Shown: positions 1 to 11,800 of the stretch, piece by piece
Numbering within the stretch: position 1 is the stretch's first letter
Layout of the letters: every line of letters starts with the position of its first letter
DNA from: Azolla caroliniana
Taxonomy: Eukaryota; Plantae; Polypodiophyta
DNA: 37,330 nucleotides
Direction: 5' to 3'
NCBI GenBank assembly: GCA_043228905.1
Contig: JBHGNT010000302.1
Span: forward strand, 1 to 37,330
Translations under genes and position numbers: made by a program
Notes under the pieces: generated by a model
Databases searched by the model: none
The model's input: only the letters and a program-made list of their open reading frames with translations
Told to the model about the DNA's origin: nothing

Positions 1-2020
1 AAACTTTAGGAGGGAGTTGAGAAGGGCCCGTGAGTATATTAAAAATGTTCATACCTGGCTCGTGTGATATCGGATTTTTGTGTTCAAACATACCAATCGA
101 AGCTAAGAACGTTAGCTATGACATGGAATTCAGAAATCAAGATTTTGAAACTCAGGTTGGGAGACATGAAAAATTTGCAAATTTGAGGAGGGAGTTGAGA
201 AGGGCCCGTGAGTAAATTAAAATGTTCATACCTGGCGCGTTTGATATCCGATTTTTGTGTTCAAACATACGAATCGAAGCTAAGAACTATAGCTATGACA
301 TGGAATTCAAAAATCAAGATTTCAAATCTCAGGTCGAGAGACATGAAGAAATTAGCAAATTTGAGGAGGGAGTTGAGAAGGGCCCGTGAGTAAATTAAAA
401 TGTTCATACCTGGCATCTGTGATATAGGATTTTTGTGTTCAAACATACGAATCGAAGCTAAGAACGTTAGCTATGATACGGAACTAAAAAATCAAGATTT
501 TGAAATTCAGGTCGAGAGATATGAAGAAATTAGCAAACTTTAGGAGGGAGTTGAGAAGGGCCCGTGAGTATATTAAAAATGTTCATACCTGGCTCGTGTG
601 ATATCGGATTTTTGTGTTCAAACATACCAATCGAAGCTAAGAACGTTAGCTATGACATGGAATTCAGAAATCAAGATTTTGAAACTCAGGTTGGGAGACA
701 TGAAGAAATTAGCAAATTTGAGGAGGGAGTTGAGAAGGGCCCGTGAGTAAATTAAAATGTTCATACCTGGCGCGTTTGATATCCGATTTTTGTGTTCAAA
801 CATACGAATCGAAGCTAAGAACTATAGCTATGACATGGAATTCAAAAATCAAGATTTCAAATCTCAGGTCGAGAGACATGAAGAAATTAGCAAATTTGAG
901 GAGGGAGTTGAGAAGGGCCCGTGAGTAAATTAAAATGTTCATACCTGGCATCTGTGATATAGGATTTTTGTGTTCAAACATACGAATCGAAGCTAAGAAC
1001 GTTAGCTATGATACGGAACTAAAAAATCAAGATTTTGAAATTCAGGTCGAGAGATATGAAGAAATTAGCAAACTTTAGGAGGGAGTTGAGAAGGGCCCGT
1101 GAGTATATTAAAAATGTTCATACCTGGCTCGTGTGATATCGGATTTTTGTGTTCAAACATACCAATCGAAGCTAAGAACGTTAGCTATGACATGGAATTC
1201 AGAAATCAAGATTTTGAAACTCAGGTTGGGAGACATGAAGAAATTAGCAAATTTGAGGAGGGAGTTGAGAAGGGCCCGTGAGTAAATTAAAATGTTCATA
1301 CCTGGCGCGTTTGATATCCGATTTTTGTGTTCAAACATACGAATCGAAGCTAAGAACTATAGCTATGACATGGAATTCAAAAATCAAGATTTCAAATCTC
1401 AGGTCGAGAGACATGAAGAAATTAGCAAATTTGAGGAGGGAGTTGAGAAGGGCCCGTGAGTAAATTAAAATGTTCATACCTGGCATCTGTGATATAGGAT
1501 TTTTGTGTTCAAACATACGAATCGAAGCTAAGAACGTTAGCTATGATACGGAACTAAAAAATCAAGATTTTGAAATTCAGGTCGAGAGATATGAAGAAAT
1601 TAGCAAACTTTAGGAGGGAGTTGAGAAGGGCCCGTGAGTATATTAAAAATGTTCATACCTGGCTCGTGTGATATCGGATTTTTGTGTTCAAACATACCAA
1701 TCGAAGCTAAGAACGTTAGCTATGACATGGAATTCAGAAATCAAGATTTTGAAACTCAGGTTGGGAGACATGAAGAAATTAGCAAATTTGAGGAGGGAGT
1801 TGAGAAGGGCCCGTGAGTAAATTAAAATGTTCATACCTGGCGCGTTTGATATCCGATTTTTGTGTTCAAACATACGAATCGAAGCTAAGAACTATAGCTA
1901 TGACATGGAATTCAAAAATCAAGATTTCAAATCTCAGGTCGAGAGACATGAAGAAATTAGCAAATTTGAGGAGGGAGTTGAGAAGGGCCCGTGAGTAAAT
2001 TAAAATGTTCATACCTGGCA
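1..2020 (+). repeat. 3-monomer higher-order repeat, period 535 bp, at least 3.7 copies
   Basis: Identical ORF translations recur at 564/1099/1634 and 743/1278/1813; 535 = 179+178+178 (extra A in TATATTAAAAATG). The first copy is 534 bp because of a 1-bp loss near 170. Confidence 0.93.
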
Positions 2021-5000
2021 TCTGTGATATCGGATTTTTGTGTTCAAACATACGAATCGAAGCTAAGAACGCTAGCTATGAAATGGAATTCAAAAATCAA
2101 GATTTCGAAACTCAGGTCGAGAGACATGAAGAAATTAGCAAATTTGAGGAGGGAGTTTAGAAGGGCCCATGAGTAATTTAAAATGTTCATACCTGCCTCG
2201 TTTGATATCCGATTTTTGTGTTCAAACATAGGAATCGAAGCTAAGAATGCTAGCTATGACATGGAATTTAAAAATCAAGATTTTGAAACTCAGGTCAAGA
2301 GACATGAAGAAATTACCAAATTGGAGGAGGGAGTTGAGAGGAGCCCTTCAGTAAATTAAAATGTTCATACCTGGCATGTCTGATATCGGATTTTTGTGTT
2401 CAAACATACCAATCAAAGCTAACAACGCTAGCTATGATATGGAATTTAAAAATCAAGATTTTGAAACTCAGGTCGAGAGACATGACGAAATTAGCAACCT
2501 TGATGAGGGAGTTGAGAGGAGCCCTTAAGTAAATTAAAATGTTCATACCTGGCGAGTGTGATATCGGATTTTTGTGTTCAGACATGCGAATCGAAGCTAA
2601 CAACGATAGCTATGATATGGAATTAAAAAATCAAGATTTTGAAACGGAGGTCGAGAGATATGACGAAATTAGCAACCTTGACGAGGGAGCTCAAAGGAGC
2701 CCTTGAGTAAATTAAAATGTTCATACCTGGCGAGTGTGATATCGGATTTTTGTATTCAAACTTGCGAATCGAAGCTAACAACGCTAGTTATGATATGGAA
2801 TTAAAAAATCAAGATTTTGAAACTCAGGTCGAGAGACATGACGAAATTTGCAAACCTGAGGAGGTAGTTGAGAGGAGCCCTTGAGTAAATTAAAATGATT
2901 ATACCTGGCTCGTGTGATATCGGATTTTTGTGTTCAAACATACGAATCGAAGCTAAGAACGCTAGCTATGATACGGAATTAAAAAATCAAGATTTTGAAA
3001 CTCAGGTCGAGAGATATGAAGAAATTAGCAAACTTTAGGAGGTTAGCAAATTTGAGGAGGGAGTGGAGAAGGGCCCGTGAGTATATTAAAATGTTCATAC
3101 CTGGCTCGTGTGATATCGGCTTTTTGTGTTCAAACATACCAATCGAAGCTAAGAACGCTAGCTATGACATGGAATTAAAGAATCAAGATTTCGAAACTCA
3201 GGTCGAGAGACATGAAGAAATTAGCAAATTTGAGGAGGGAGTTGAGAAGGGCCCGTGAGTAAATTAAAATGTTCATACCTGGCTCGTGTGATATCGAATT
3301 TTTGTGTTCAAACATACGAATGGAAGCTAAGAACGCTAGCTATGACATGGAATTAAAAAATCAAGATTTGAAACTCAGGTCTAGAGATATGAAGAAATTA
3401 GCAAATTTGAGGAGGGAGTTGAGAAGGGCCCGTGAGTAAATTAAAATGTTCATACCTGGCTCGTGTGATATCGGATTTTTGTGTTCAAACATACGAATCG
3501 AAGCTAAGAACTATAGCTATGACATGGAATTCAAAAATCAAGATTTCAAATCTCAGGTCGAGAGACATGAAGAAATTAGCAAATTTGAGGAGGGAGTTGA
3601 GAAGGGCCCGTGAGTAAATTAAAATGTTCATACCTGGCATCTGTGATATCGGATTTTTGTGTTCAAACATACGAATCGAAGCTAAGAACGCTAGCTATGA
3701 AATGGAATTCAAAAATCAAGATTTCGAAACTCAGGTCGAGAGACATGAAGAAATTAGCAAATTTGAGGAGGGAGTTTAGAAGGGCCCATGAGTAATTTAA
3801 AATGTTCATACCTGCCTCGTTTGATATCCGATTTTTGTGTTCAAACATAGGAATCGAAGCTAAGAATGCTAGCTATGACATGGAATTTAAAAATCAAGAT
3901 TTTGAAACTCAGGTCAAGAGACATGAAGAAATTACCAAATTGGAGGAGGGAGTTGAGAGGAGCCCTTGAGTAAATTAAAATGTTCATACCTGGCATGTCT
4001 GATATCGGATTTTTGTGTTCAAACATACCAATCAAAGCTAACAACGCTAGCTATGATATGGAATTTAAAAATCAAGATTTTGAAACTCAGGTCGAGAGAC
4101 ATGACGAAATTAGCAACCTTGATGAGGGAGTTGAGAGGAGCCCTTAAGTAAATTAAAATGTTCATACCTGGCGAGTGTGATATCGGATTTTTGTGTTCAG
4201 ACATGCGAATCGAAGCTAACAACGATAGCTATGATATGGAATTAAAAAATCAAGATTTTGAAACGGAGGTCGAGAGATATGACGAAATTAGCAACCTTGA
4301 CGAGGGAGCTCAAAGGAGCCCTTGAGTAAATTAAAATGTTCATACCTGGCGAGTGTGATATCGGATTTTTGTATTCAAACTTGCGAATCGAAGCTAACAA
4401 CGCTAGTTATGATATGGAATTAAAAAATCAAGATTTTGAAACTCAGGTCGAGAGACATGACGAAATTTGCAAACCTGAGGAGGTAGTTGAGAGGAGCCCT
4501 TGAGTAAATTAAAATGATTATACCTGGCTCGTGTGATATCGGATTTTTGTGTTCAAACATACGAATCGAAGCTAAGAACGCTAGCTATGATACGGAATTA
4601 AAAAATCAAGATTTTGAAACTCAGGTCGAGAGATATGAAGAAATTAGCAAACTTTAGGAGGTTAGCAAATTTGAGGAGGGAGTGGAGAAGGGCCCGTGAG
4701 TATATTAAAATGTTCATACCTGGCTCGTGTGATATCGGCTTTTTGTGTTCAAACATACCAATCGAAGCTAAGAACGCTAGCTATGACATGGAATTAAAGA
4801 ATCAAGATTTCGAAACTCAGGTCGAGAGACATGAAGAAATTAGCAAATTTGAGGAGGGAGTTGAGAAGGGCCCGTGAGTAAATTAAAATGTTCATACCTG
4901 GCTCGTGTGATATCGAATTTTTGTGTTCAAACATACGAATGGAAGCTAAGAACGCTAGCTATGACATGGAATTAAAAAATCAAGATTTGAAACTCAGGTC

Positions 5001-6716
5001 TAGAGATATGAAGAAATTAGCAAATTTGAGGAGGGAGTTGAGAAGGGCCCGTGAGTAAATTAAAATGTTCATACCTGGCTCGTGTGATATCGGATTTTTG
5101 TGTTCAAACATACGAATCGAAGCTAAGAACTATAGCTATGACATGGAATTCAAAAATCAAGATTTCAAATCTCAGGTCGAGAGACATGAAGAAATTAGCA
5201 AATTTGAGGAGGGAGTTGAGAAGGGCCCGTGAGTAAATTAAAATGTTCATACCTGGCATCTGTGATATCGGATTTTTGTGTTCAAACATACGAATCGAAG
5301 CTAAGAACGCTAGCTATGAAATGGAATTCAAAAATCAAGATTTCGAAACTCAGGTCGAGAGACATGAAGAAATTAGCAAATTTGAGGAGGGAGTTTAGAA
5401 GGGCCCATGAGTAATTTAAAATGTTCATACCTGCCTCGTTTGATATCCGATTTTTGTGTTCAAACATAGGAATCGAAGCTAAGAATGCTAGCTATGACAT
5501 GGAATTTAAAAATCAAGATTTTGAAACTCAGGTCAAGAGACATGAAGAAATTACCAAATTGGAGGAGGGAGTTGAGAGGAGCCCTTGAGTAAATTAAAAT
5601 GTTCATACCTGGCATGTCTGATATCGGATTTTTGTGTTCAAACATACCAATCAAAGCTAACAACGCTAGCTATGATATGGAATTTAAAAATCAAGATTTT
5701 GAAACTCAGGTCGAGAGACATGACGAAATTAGCAACCTTGATGAGGGAGTTGAGAGGAGCCCTTAAGTAAATTAAAATGTTCATACCTGGCGAGTGTGAT
5801 ATCGGATTTTTGTGTTCAGACATGCGAATCGAAGCTAACAACGATAGCTATGATATGGAATTAAAAAATCAAGATTTTGAAACGGAGGTCGAGAGATATG
5901 ACGAAATTAGCAACCTTGACGAGGGAGCTCAAAGGAGCCCTTGAGTAAATTAAAATGTTCATACCTGGCGAGTGTCATATCGGATTTTTGTATTCAAACT
6001 TGCGAATCGAAGCTAACAACGCTAGTTATGATATGGAATTAAAAAATCAAGATTTTGAAACTCAGGTCGAGAGACATGACGAAATTTGCAAACCTGAGGA
6101 GGTAGTTGAGAGGAGCCCTTGAGTAAATTAAAATGATTATACCTGGCTCGTGTGATATCGGATTTTTGTGTTCAAACATACGAATCGAAGCTAAGAACGC
6201 TAGCTATGATACGGAATTAAAAAATCAAGATTTTGAAACTCAGGTCGAGAGATATGAAGAAATTAGCAAACTTTAGGAGGTTAGCAAATTTGAGGAGGGA
6301 GTGGAGAAGGGCCCGTGAGTATATTAAAATGTTCTTACCTGGCTCGTGTGATATCGGATTTTTGTGTTCAAACATACCAATCGAAGCTAAGAACGCTAGC
6401 TATGACATGGAATTAAAGAATCAAGATTTCGAAACTCAGGTCGAGAGACATGAAGAAATTAGCAAATTTGAGGAGGGAGTTGAGAAGGGCCCGTGAGTAA
6501 ATTAAAATGTTCATACCTGGCTCGTGTGATATCGAATTTTTGTGTTCAAACATACGAATGGAAGCTAAGAACGCTAGCTATGACATGGAATTAAAAAATC
6601 AAGATTTGAAACTCAGGTCTAGAGATATGAAGAAATTAGCAAATTTGAGGAGGGAGTTGAGAAGGGCCCGTGAGTAAATTAAAATGTTCATACCTGGCTC
6701 GTGTGATATCGGATTT
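1860..6716 (+). repeat. 9-monomer higher-order repeat, period 1619 bp, 3 copies
   Basis: ORF track recurs at 1991/3610/5229, 2400/4019/5638 and 2995/4614/6233; 1619 = 9x178 + 18 (internal duplication) - 1 (GATTTGAAAC deletion). Boundaries approximate. Confidence 0.93.
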
Positions 6717-8066
6717 TTGTGTTCAAACATACGAATCGAAGCTAAGAACACTAGCTATGACATGGAATTCAGAAATCAAAATTTTGAAACTCAGGTCGGG
6801 AGATATGAAGAAATTAGCAAATTTGAGGAGAGAGTTGAGAAGGGCCCGTGAGTAAATTAAAATGTTCATACCTGGCTCGTTTGATATCCGATTTTTGTGT
6901 TCAAACATACGAATCGAAGCTAAGAACTCTAGCTATGACATGGAATTTAAAAATCAAGTTTTTCAAATCTCAGGTCGAGAGACATGAAGAAATTAGCAAA
7001 TTTGAGGAGGGAGTTGAGAAGGGCCCGTGAGTAAATTAAAATGTTCATACCTGGCATCTGTGATATCGGATTTTTGTGTTCAAACATACGAATCGAAGCT
7101 AAGAACGCTAGCTATAACATGGAATGAAAGAATCAAGATTTCGAATCTCAGATCGAGAGACATGAAGAAATTAGCAAATTTGAGGAGGGAGTTGAGAAGG
7201 GCCCGTGAGTATATTAAAATGTTCATACCTGGCTCGTGTGATATCGAATTTTTGTGTTCAAACATACGAATCGAAGCTAAGAACGCTAGCTATGACATGG
7301 AATTCAAAAATTAAGATTTTGAAACTAAGGTCGAGACACATGAAGAAATTTGCAAATTTGAGGAGGGAGTTGAGAAGGACCCGTGAGTAAATTAAAATGT
7401 TCATACCTGGCATGTGTGATATCGGATTTTGGTGTTCAAACATACCGATCGAAGCTAAGAATGCTAGCTATGACATGGAATTAAAGAATCAAGATTTCAA
7501 ATCTCAGGTCGAGACACATGAAGAAATTAGCAAATTTGAGGAGGGAGTTGTGAAGGGCCCGTGAGTAAATTAAAATGTTCATACCAGGCTCGTGTGATAT
7601 TTGATTTTTGTGTTCAAACATACCAATCGAAGCTATGAACGCTAGGTATGACATGGAATTAAAGAATCAAGATTTTGAAACTCAGGTCTAGAGACATGAG
7701 GAAATTAGCAAATTTGAGGAGGGAGTTGAGAAGGGCCCGTGAGTAAATTGAAATGTTCATACCTGGCATGTGTGATATCGGATTTTTGTGTTCAAACATA
7801 CGAATCGAAGCTAAGAACGCTAGGTATGACATGGAATTAAAGAATCAAGATTTCGAAACTCAGGTCAAGAGACATGAAGAAATTAGCAAATTTGAGGAGG
7901 GAGTTGACAAGGGCCCGTGAGTAAATTAAAATGTTCATACCTGGCATGTGTGATATCGGATTTTTGTGTTCAAACATACGAATCGAAGCTAAGAACGCTA
8001 GCTATAACATGGAATTAAAGATTCAAGATTTCGAATCTCAGGTTGAGAGACATGAAGAAATTTGCA

Positions 8067-8071
8067 AATTT
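8067..8071 (+). repeat. Target-site duplication AATTT, left copy
   Basis: AATTT directly precedes TGTTG at 8072; removing the element plus one copy restores the satellite string GCAAATTTGAGGAGG. Confidence 0.95.
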
Positions 8072-8802
8072 TGTTGAGAATCAACGCTCCGATTCTCCTT
8101 CACCGCTCGGCCACAACCGAGAAATCGCGAATCAATGCAGCAGAAAATAGGAAACACAGAGAAAAACACGATAACACAGGGATTAACGTGGAAAACCCTA
8201 TACGGGAAAAACCACGGGAGTCCTCAAACTCCAACTATCACTATGAACAGAGATGTACAATGGTGAAGCTTCAAGGCAACAACCTTGAGCTCACTGTCTT
8301 CGCCACAGGCGGCGGTAATACACAGAGGCAACGACCTCTTCGTCTCTCTCTCTTTCTCTCTCTCTCTCTCGGCTGCTCTCTTCACTCACTCTAAGTGGAA
8401 AAACAGAAAAATGAGTAGCAACCTAAAACTGTTTGCCCTAAGTCATATTTATACACATATGACTTTCGGGCTATTTACAAATATAGCCTCAAGGGCTCTT
8501 GGCAAACATATTCACAAATATGTCCCCGCATCCGGATCTCTCTCCGGGTACACTCATCATCCGGCTCCGTAGCCGGGGTCTTCATCATCCGGCTCCGTAG
8601 CCGGGTCTTCGTCATCCGGCTCCGTAACCGGGTCTTCGTCATCCGGCTCCGTAGCCGGGTCTTCGTCATCCGGCTCCGTAGCCGGGTCTTCGTCATCCGG
8701 CTCCGTAACCGGGTACTATTCATCATCCGGTTCCGTAATCGCAACCGGGCTTGCCGTCATTCATCTCCGGACATCCCATCCGGAGGGACCGAAATCCCAA
8801 CA
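8072..8802 (-). repeat. 3' LTR (731 bp)
   Basis: TGTTGAGAATC...AATCCCAACA; direct repeat of 12917-13620; adjacent to the PPT. Confidence 0.96.
8557..8749 (-). repeat. 27-bp tandem repeat array in U3 of the 3' LTR (6 units plus 1 degenerate)
   Basis: Plus-strand unit TCATCCGGCTCCGTA(G/A)CCGGGTCTTCG, read directly; also visible as the TRLRSRMTK repeat in the ORF track. Confidence 0.92.
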
Positions 8803-8815
8803 AACTCCCCCTTCA
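8803..8815 (-). other. Polypurine tract (plus-strand primer)
   Basis: Minus strand reads TGAAGGGGGAGTT immediately before the TGTTGGG start of the 3' LTR; it overlaps the TGA stop of the polyprotein. Confidence 0.9.
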
Positions 8816-11800
8816 CTTCGGCATGGGATGTCTCTCCAATCCGATCCTCTTCCGGCATGCTTCTAGCTTGTCGGGTGTGAGCACTTTGGTCAGCATATCT
8901 GACCCGTTCTCGTCCGTGTGGATCTTCGTCAACACGAACTCCTGGTCTTCTATCCTTTCCCGGATCCAGTGATATCTTCGTTGGATGTGCTTCGTCCGGG
9001 AGTGATAGGCCGCGTTCTTCGCAAGGTGGATGGCACTCTGACTGTCGAAGTAGAGTCGGTACTCCTCCTGCCGGATACCGAGCTCTCTAATGAAGTCCTT
9101 CATCCATATTATTTCCTTGCCGGCTTCAACAGCCGCCATGTACTCCGCCTCCGTGGTTGACAACGCCACCGTCTTCTGCAGCCTCGACTGCCACGAAACA
9201 GCTCCCCCTGCATACGTCATCACATACCCTGATGTGGACCGGCTGGTATCTGCATCAGCCGACATATCTGAATCAGTAAAGCCATCGAGTTCGGGCTTAC
9301 CGGAGCCGAATCGGAGGCACACGTTTGCCGTGCCCTTCAGGTATCGGAGTGTCCATTTGACCGCGTTCCAGTGCTCCTTGCCGGGGTTACTCATGTACCG
9401 GCTCACCACTCCGACTGCATATCCTATGTCCGGTCTTGTACACACCATTGCGTACATCAAGCTTCCGACGGCAGAGGCATATGGTACTTTCATCATGTCC
9501 TCCTTCTCAGCCTTTGTCTTGGGACTTTGCTTGCCGGATAACTTGCAGTTTGTCGGGAGGGTTGATCCGACCGGTCTTGCTTCCGACATGTTGAACCGTT
9601 GAAGCACCTTTGTCACGTACTTCTCCTGTGACAGCCACAACTGCTTCTTCTTCCGGTCCCGGATGATGTGCATCCCTAGTATTTGTCTCGCCGGACCCAA
9701 GTCCTTCATTGAGAAGGTTCGGTGTAGAGCCTTCTTCAGCATCCGTATCTTGACCTGGTCCCGTCCGACGATCAACATGTCGTCCACGTACAGGAGGAGT
9801 ATTAGAGAGTCTCCTCCTTCGAACTCCTTCACAAACACGCAGTGATCGGACTGCGTTTTGTGGTACCCTTCGTCGGTCATGAAGGAGTCGAACTTCCGGT
9901 ACCACTGCCGTGGAGCCTGCTTCAGTCCGTAAAGGCTCTTCTTCAACCGGCATACCAGGTGCTCCTTCCGTTTCTTCTCGAATCCTTCCGGTTGCTGCAT
10001 GTAGATCTCTTCTTCGAGGTCACCGTGAAGGAATGCCGTCTTCACGTCCATCTGTTCTACCTCGAGGTCCATGCTTGCCGCTATGCTCAGCACCGTCCGG
10101 ATGGAGGTCATCTTCACTACCGGGGCAAATATCTCGTCAAAGTCGACGCCCTTCTTCTGCTGGAACCCCTTCACCACGATCCTGGCTTTGTATCTCGGGG
10201 GGTTTCCGGCATCTCCCGGTTTCAGCTTGAACACCCACTTGTTTCGAAGTGCCCGCTTTCTTTTCGGCAACTCCACTAGTTCATATGTGTGGTTCTCATG
10301 CAGGGAATCCATCTCGTCCTGCATGGCACTCAACCACCTGCGGCTCTGGGTGTCGTGCTTTGCTTCTTCAAAGCTCTCCGGCTCCCCCTCGTCGGTTAGC
10401 AGCACGTGCTCTGGTTCCGGAAATCTCCGGGGGGCCCTTCTCTCCCTTAGAGGATATCTCCGTTCCGGAGCTTCGGTAACCGGCTCCTCCGTTTCCTCTT
10501 CATCCGAATCCATTTCGGGATTGGGGCCGGTTCCGGTATCAGTTTCATCTTCCTCGGCCGGTTCTGTTTCTTCACCGTCTTCGGCCGGATCCTCGAGTGC
10601 TAGCCGGTCCCTTGCCGGTCGGGACTGCTCCTCATAGAGTTGATCCTCACCGGTCGACTTGGAGCTCTTCGTCTTCTTCTCCGACTCCCAGTCGGCGAGT
10701 GTCTTGTCCTCCATGAAGATGATATCTCGACTCCTGAATATCTTCTTGTCGACCGGGTCCCATACTCGGTAGCCGAACTCGTCGTCGCCGTAACCGAGGA
10801 ATATGCATGGCCGGGTCTTTGGATCTAGCTTTCCTCTCCGGTCCTTTGCCACATGCCCGTATGCGAGACACCCGAACACCTTCAGATGCCGGTAAGATAC
10901 TTCCCTACCGGTCCACACTCTCTGCGGCGTGTCTCCGTCCAAAGGTACTGAGGGTGATCTGTTTATCACGTATGTCGCCGTCGACATTGCCTCAGCCCAA
11001 AACCCCTTGGGTAATTTCGCATGCGCCAGCATACTCCGGACCCTCTCCATTATGGTCCGGTTCATCCTCTCGGCCAGCCCGTTCAGTTCCGGCGTCTTCG
11101 GCACGGTAAACTCGAGCCGGATTCCCATCGAACGACAATACTCCTCAAATTGCCCTCGGTATTCTCCTCCGTTATCCGCTCGTATCGCTTTCAGCTTCTT
11201 GCCGGATTCCCTTTCCACTCTCGCGTGGAGTTCTTTGAAGACGGACAATACTTGGTCCTTTGTCTTCAACGGTGCCGTCCACAGCTTCCGGCTGTGGTCA
11301 TCAATGAATGTCACGAAGTACTGGGCTCCGCCATGTGACTTCGTTTCTACTTGACACACGTCAGTGTGCACCAGCTCCAATGGTGCGCTACGTCTCGTCG
11401 GTGGCCTTGAGTGGAAGGAGGTCTGGTTTTGCTTACCGGCCAGACAGTCGGTACACTTCTCCAGGTGCACATGCTTCACTGGAATGAGGTTGTCTTCTGC
11501 AAGCCTCTTCATCCCCTTCTCACTCATGTGGCACAGTCTCTTGTGCCATAGCTCACCGGCAGTGTCAGCTGCCACGTTCAGCTCCTCCGGGCATAGCCGG
11601 GAATTCATCAGGTACAGCGTGTTGACCTTCCGGGCCCGAGCCACTATCAGGCTCCCCTTGCTGAACTTCATGACACCGTTCCGGATGCTACCCGTGTAGC
11701 CTTCATCATCTAGCCTCCCGGCCGAGATCAGGTTCAATCGAACCTCCGGAACGTGTCGGACATCCTTCAGCAGCATTTTGCATCCGGTCGAGGTTGTTAA

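Larger units (their letters stand above)
1..8071 (+). repeat. ~178-bp tandem satellite array, left of the retrotransposon (putative centromeric satellite; ~45 monomers, runs off the window start)
   Basis: Unit AAAATGTTCATACCTGGCTCGTGTGATATCGGATTTTTGTGTTCAAACATACGAATCGAAGCTAAGAACGCTAGCTATGACATGGAATTAAAGAATCAAGATTTCGAAACTCAGGTCGAGAGACATGAAGAAATTAGCAAATTTGAGGAGGGAGTTGAGAAGGGCCCGTGAGTAAATT repeats head-to-tail; homologous ORF starts recur every 178 bp (30/208, 1813/1991, 3432/3610). The centromeric role is inferred only from the nucleosome-sized monomer and the array organisation. Confidence 0.97.

Noticed and set aside
30-207. Assignment to Arabidopsis CEN178/CEN180 or another named satellite or species
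   Set aside because: The length matches but the sequence does not resemble the Arabidopsis repeat as I recall it; naming needs a database search.
538-548. TTTAGG strings resembling plant telomere repeat
   Set aside because: Isolated monomer variants (CTTTAGGAGG), never tandem TTTAGGG.
30-7443. Dozens of 60-119 aa ORFs on both strands of the satellite (also 14119-36490)
   Set aside because: They are translations of the 178-bp monomer, often from GTG/TTG starts, broken freely by indels and stops, with no recognisable domain.
8073-8080. GTTGAGAA shared between the LTR terminus and the satellite monomer, suggesting LTR-derived satellite or homology-guided insertion
   Set aside because: Only 8 bp, partly the canonical TGTTG end; no extended similarity seen, and the clean TSD indicates normal integrase action.
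8062-8744. ORFs within the LTRs, including the TRLRSRMTK-repeat peptide (also 12916-13562)
   Set aside because: They result from the 27-bp repeat being a multiple of three and from low-complexity LTR sequence; no support for coding.
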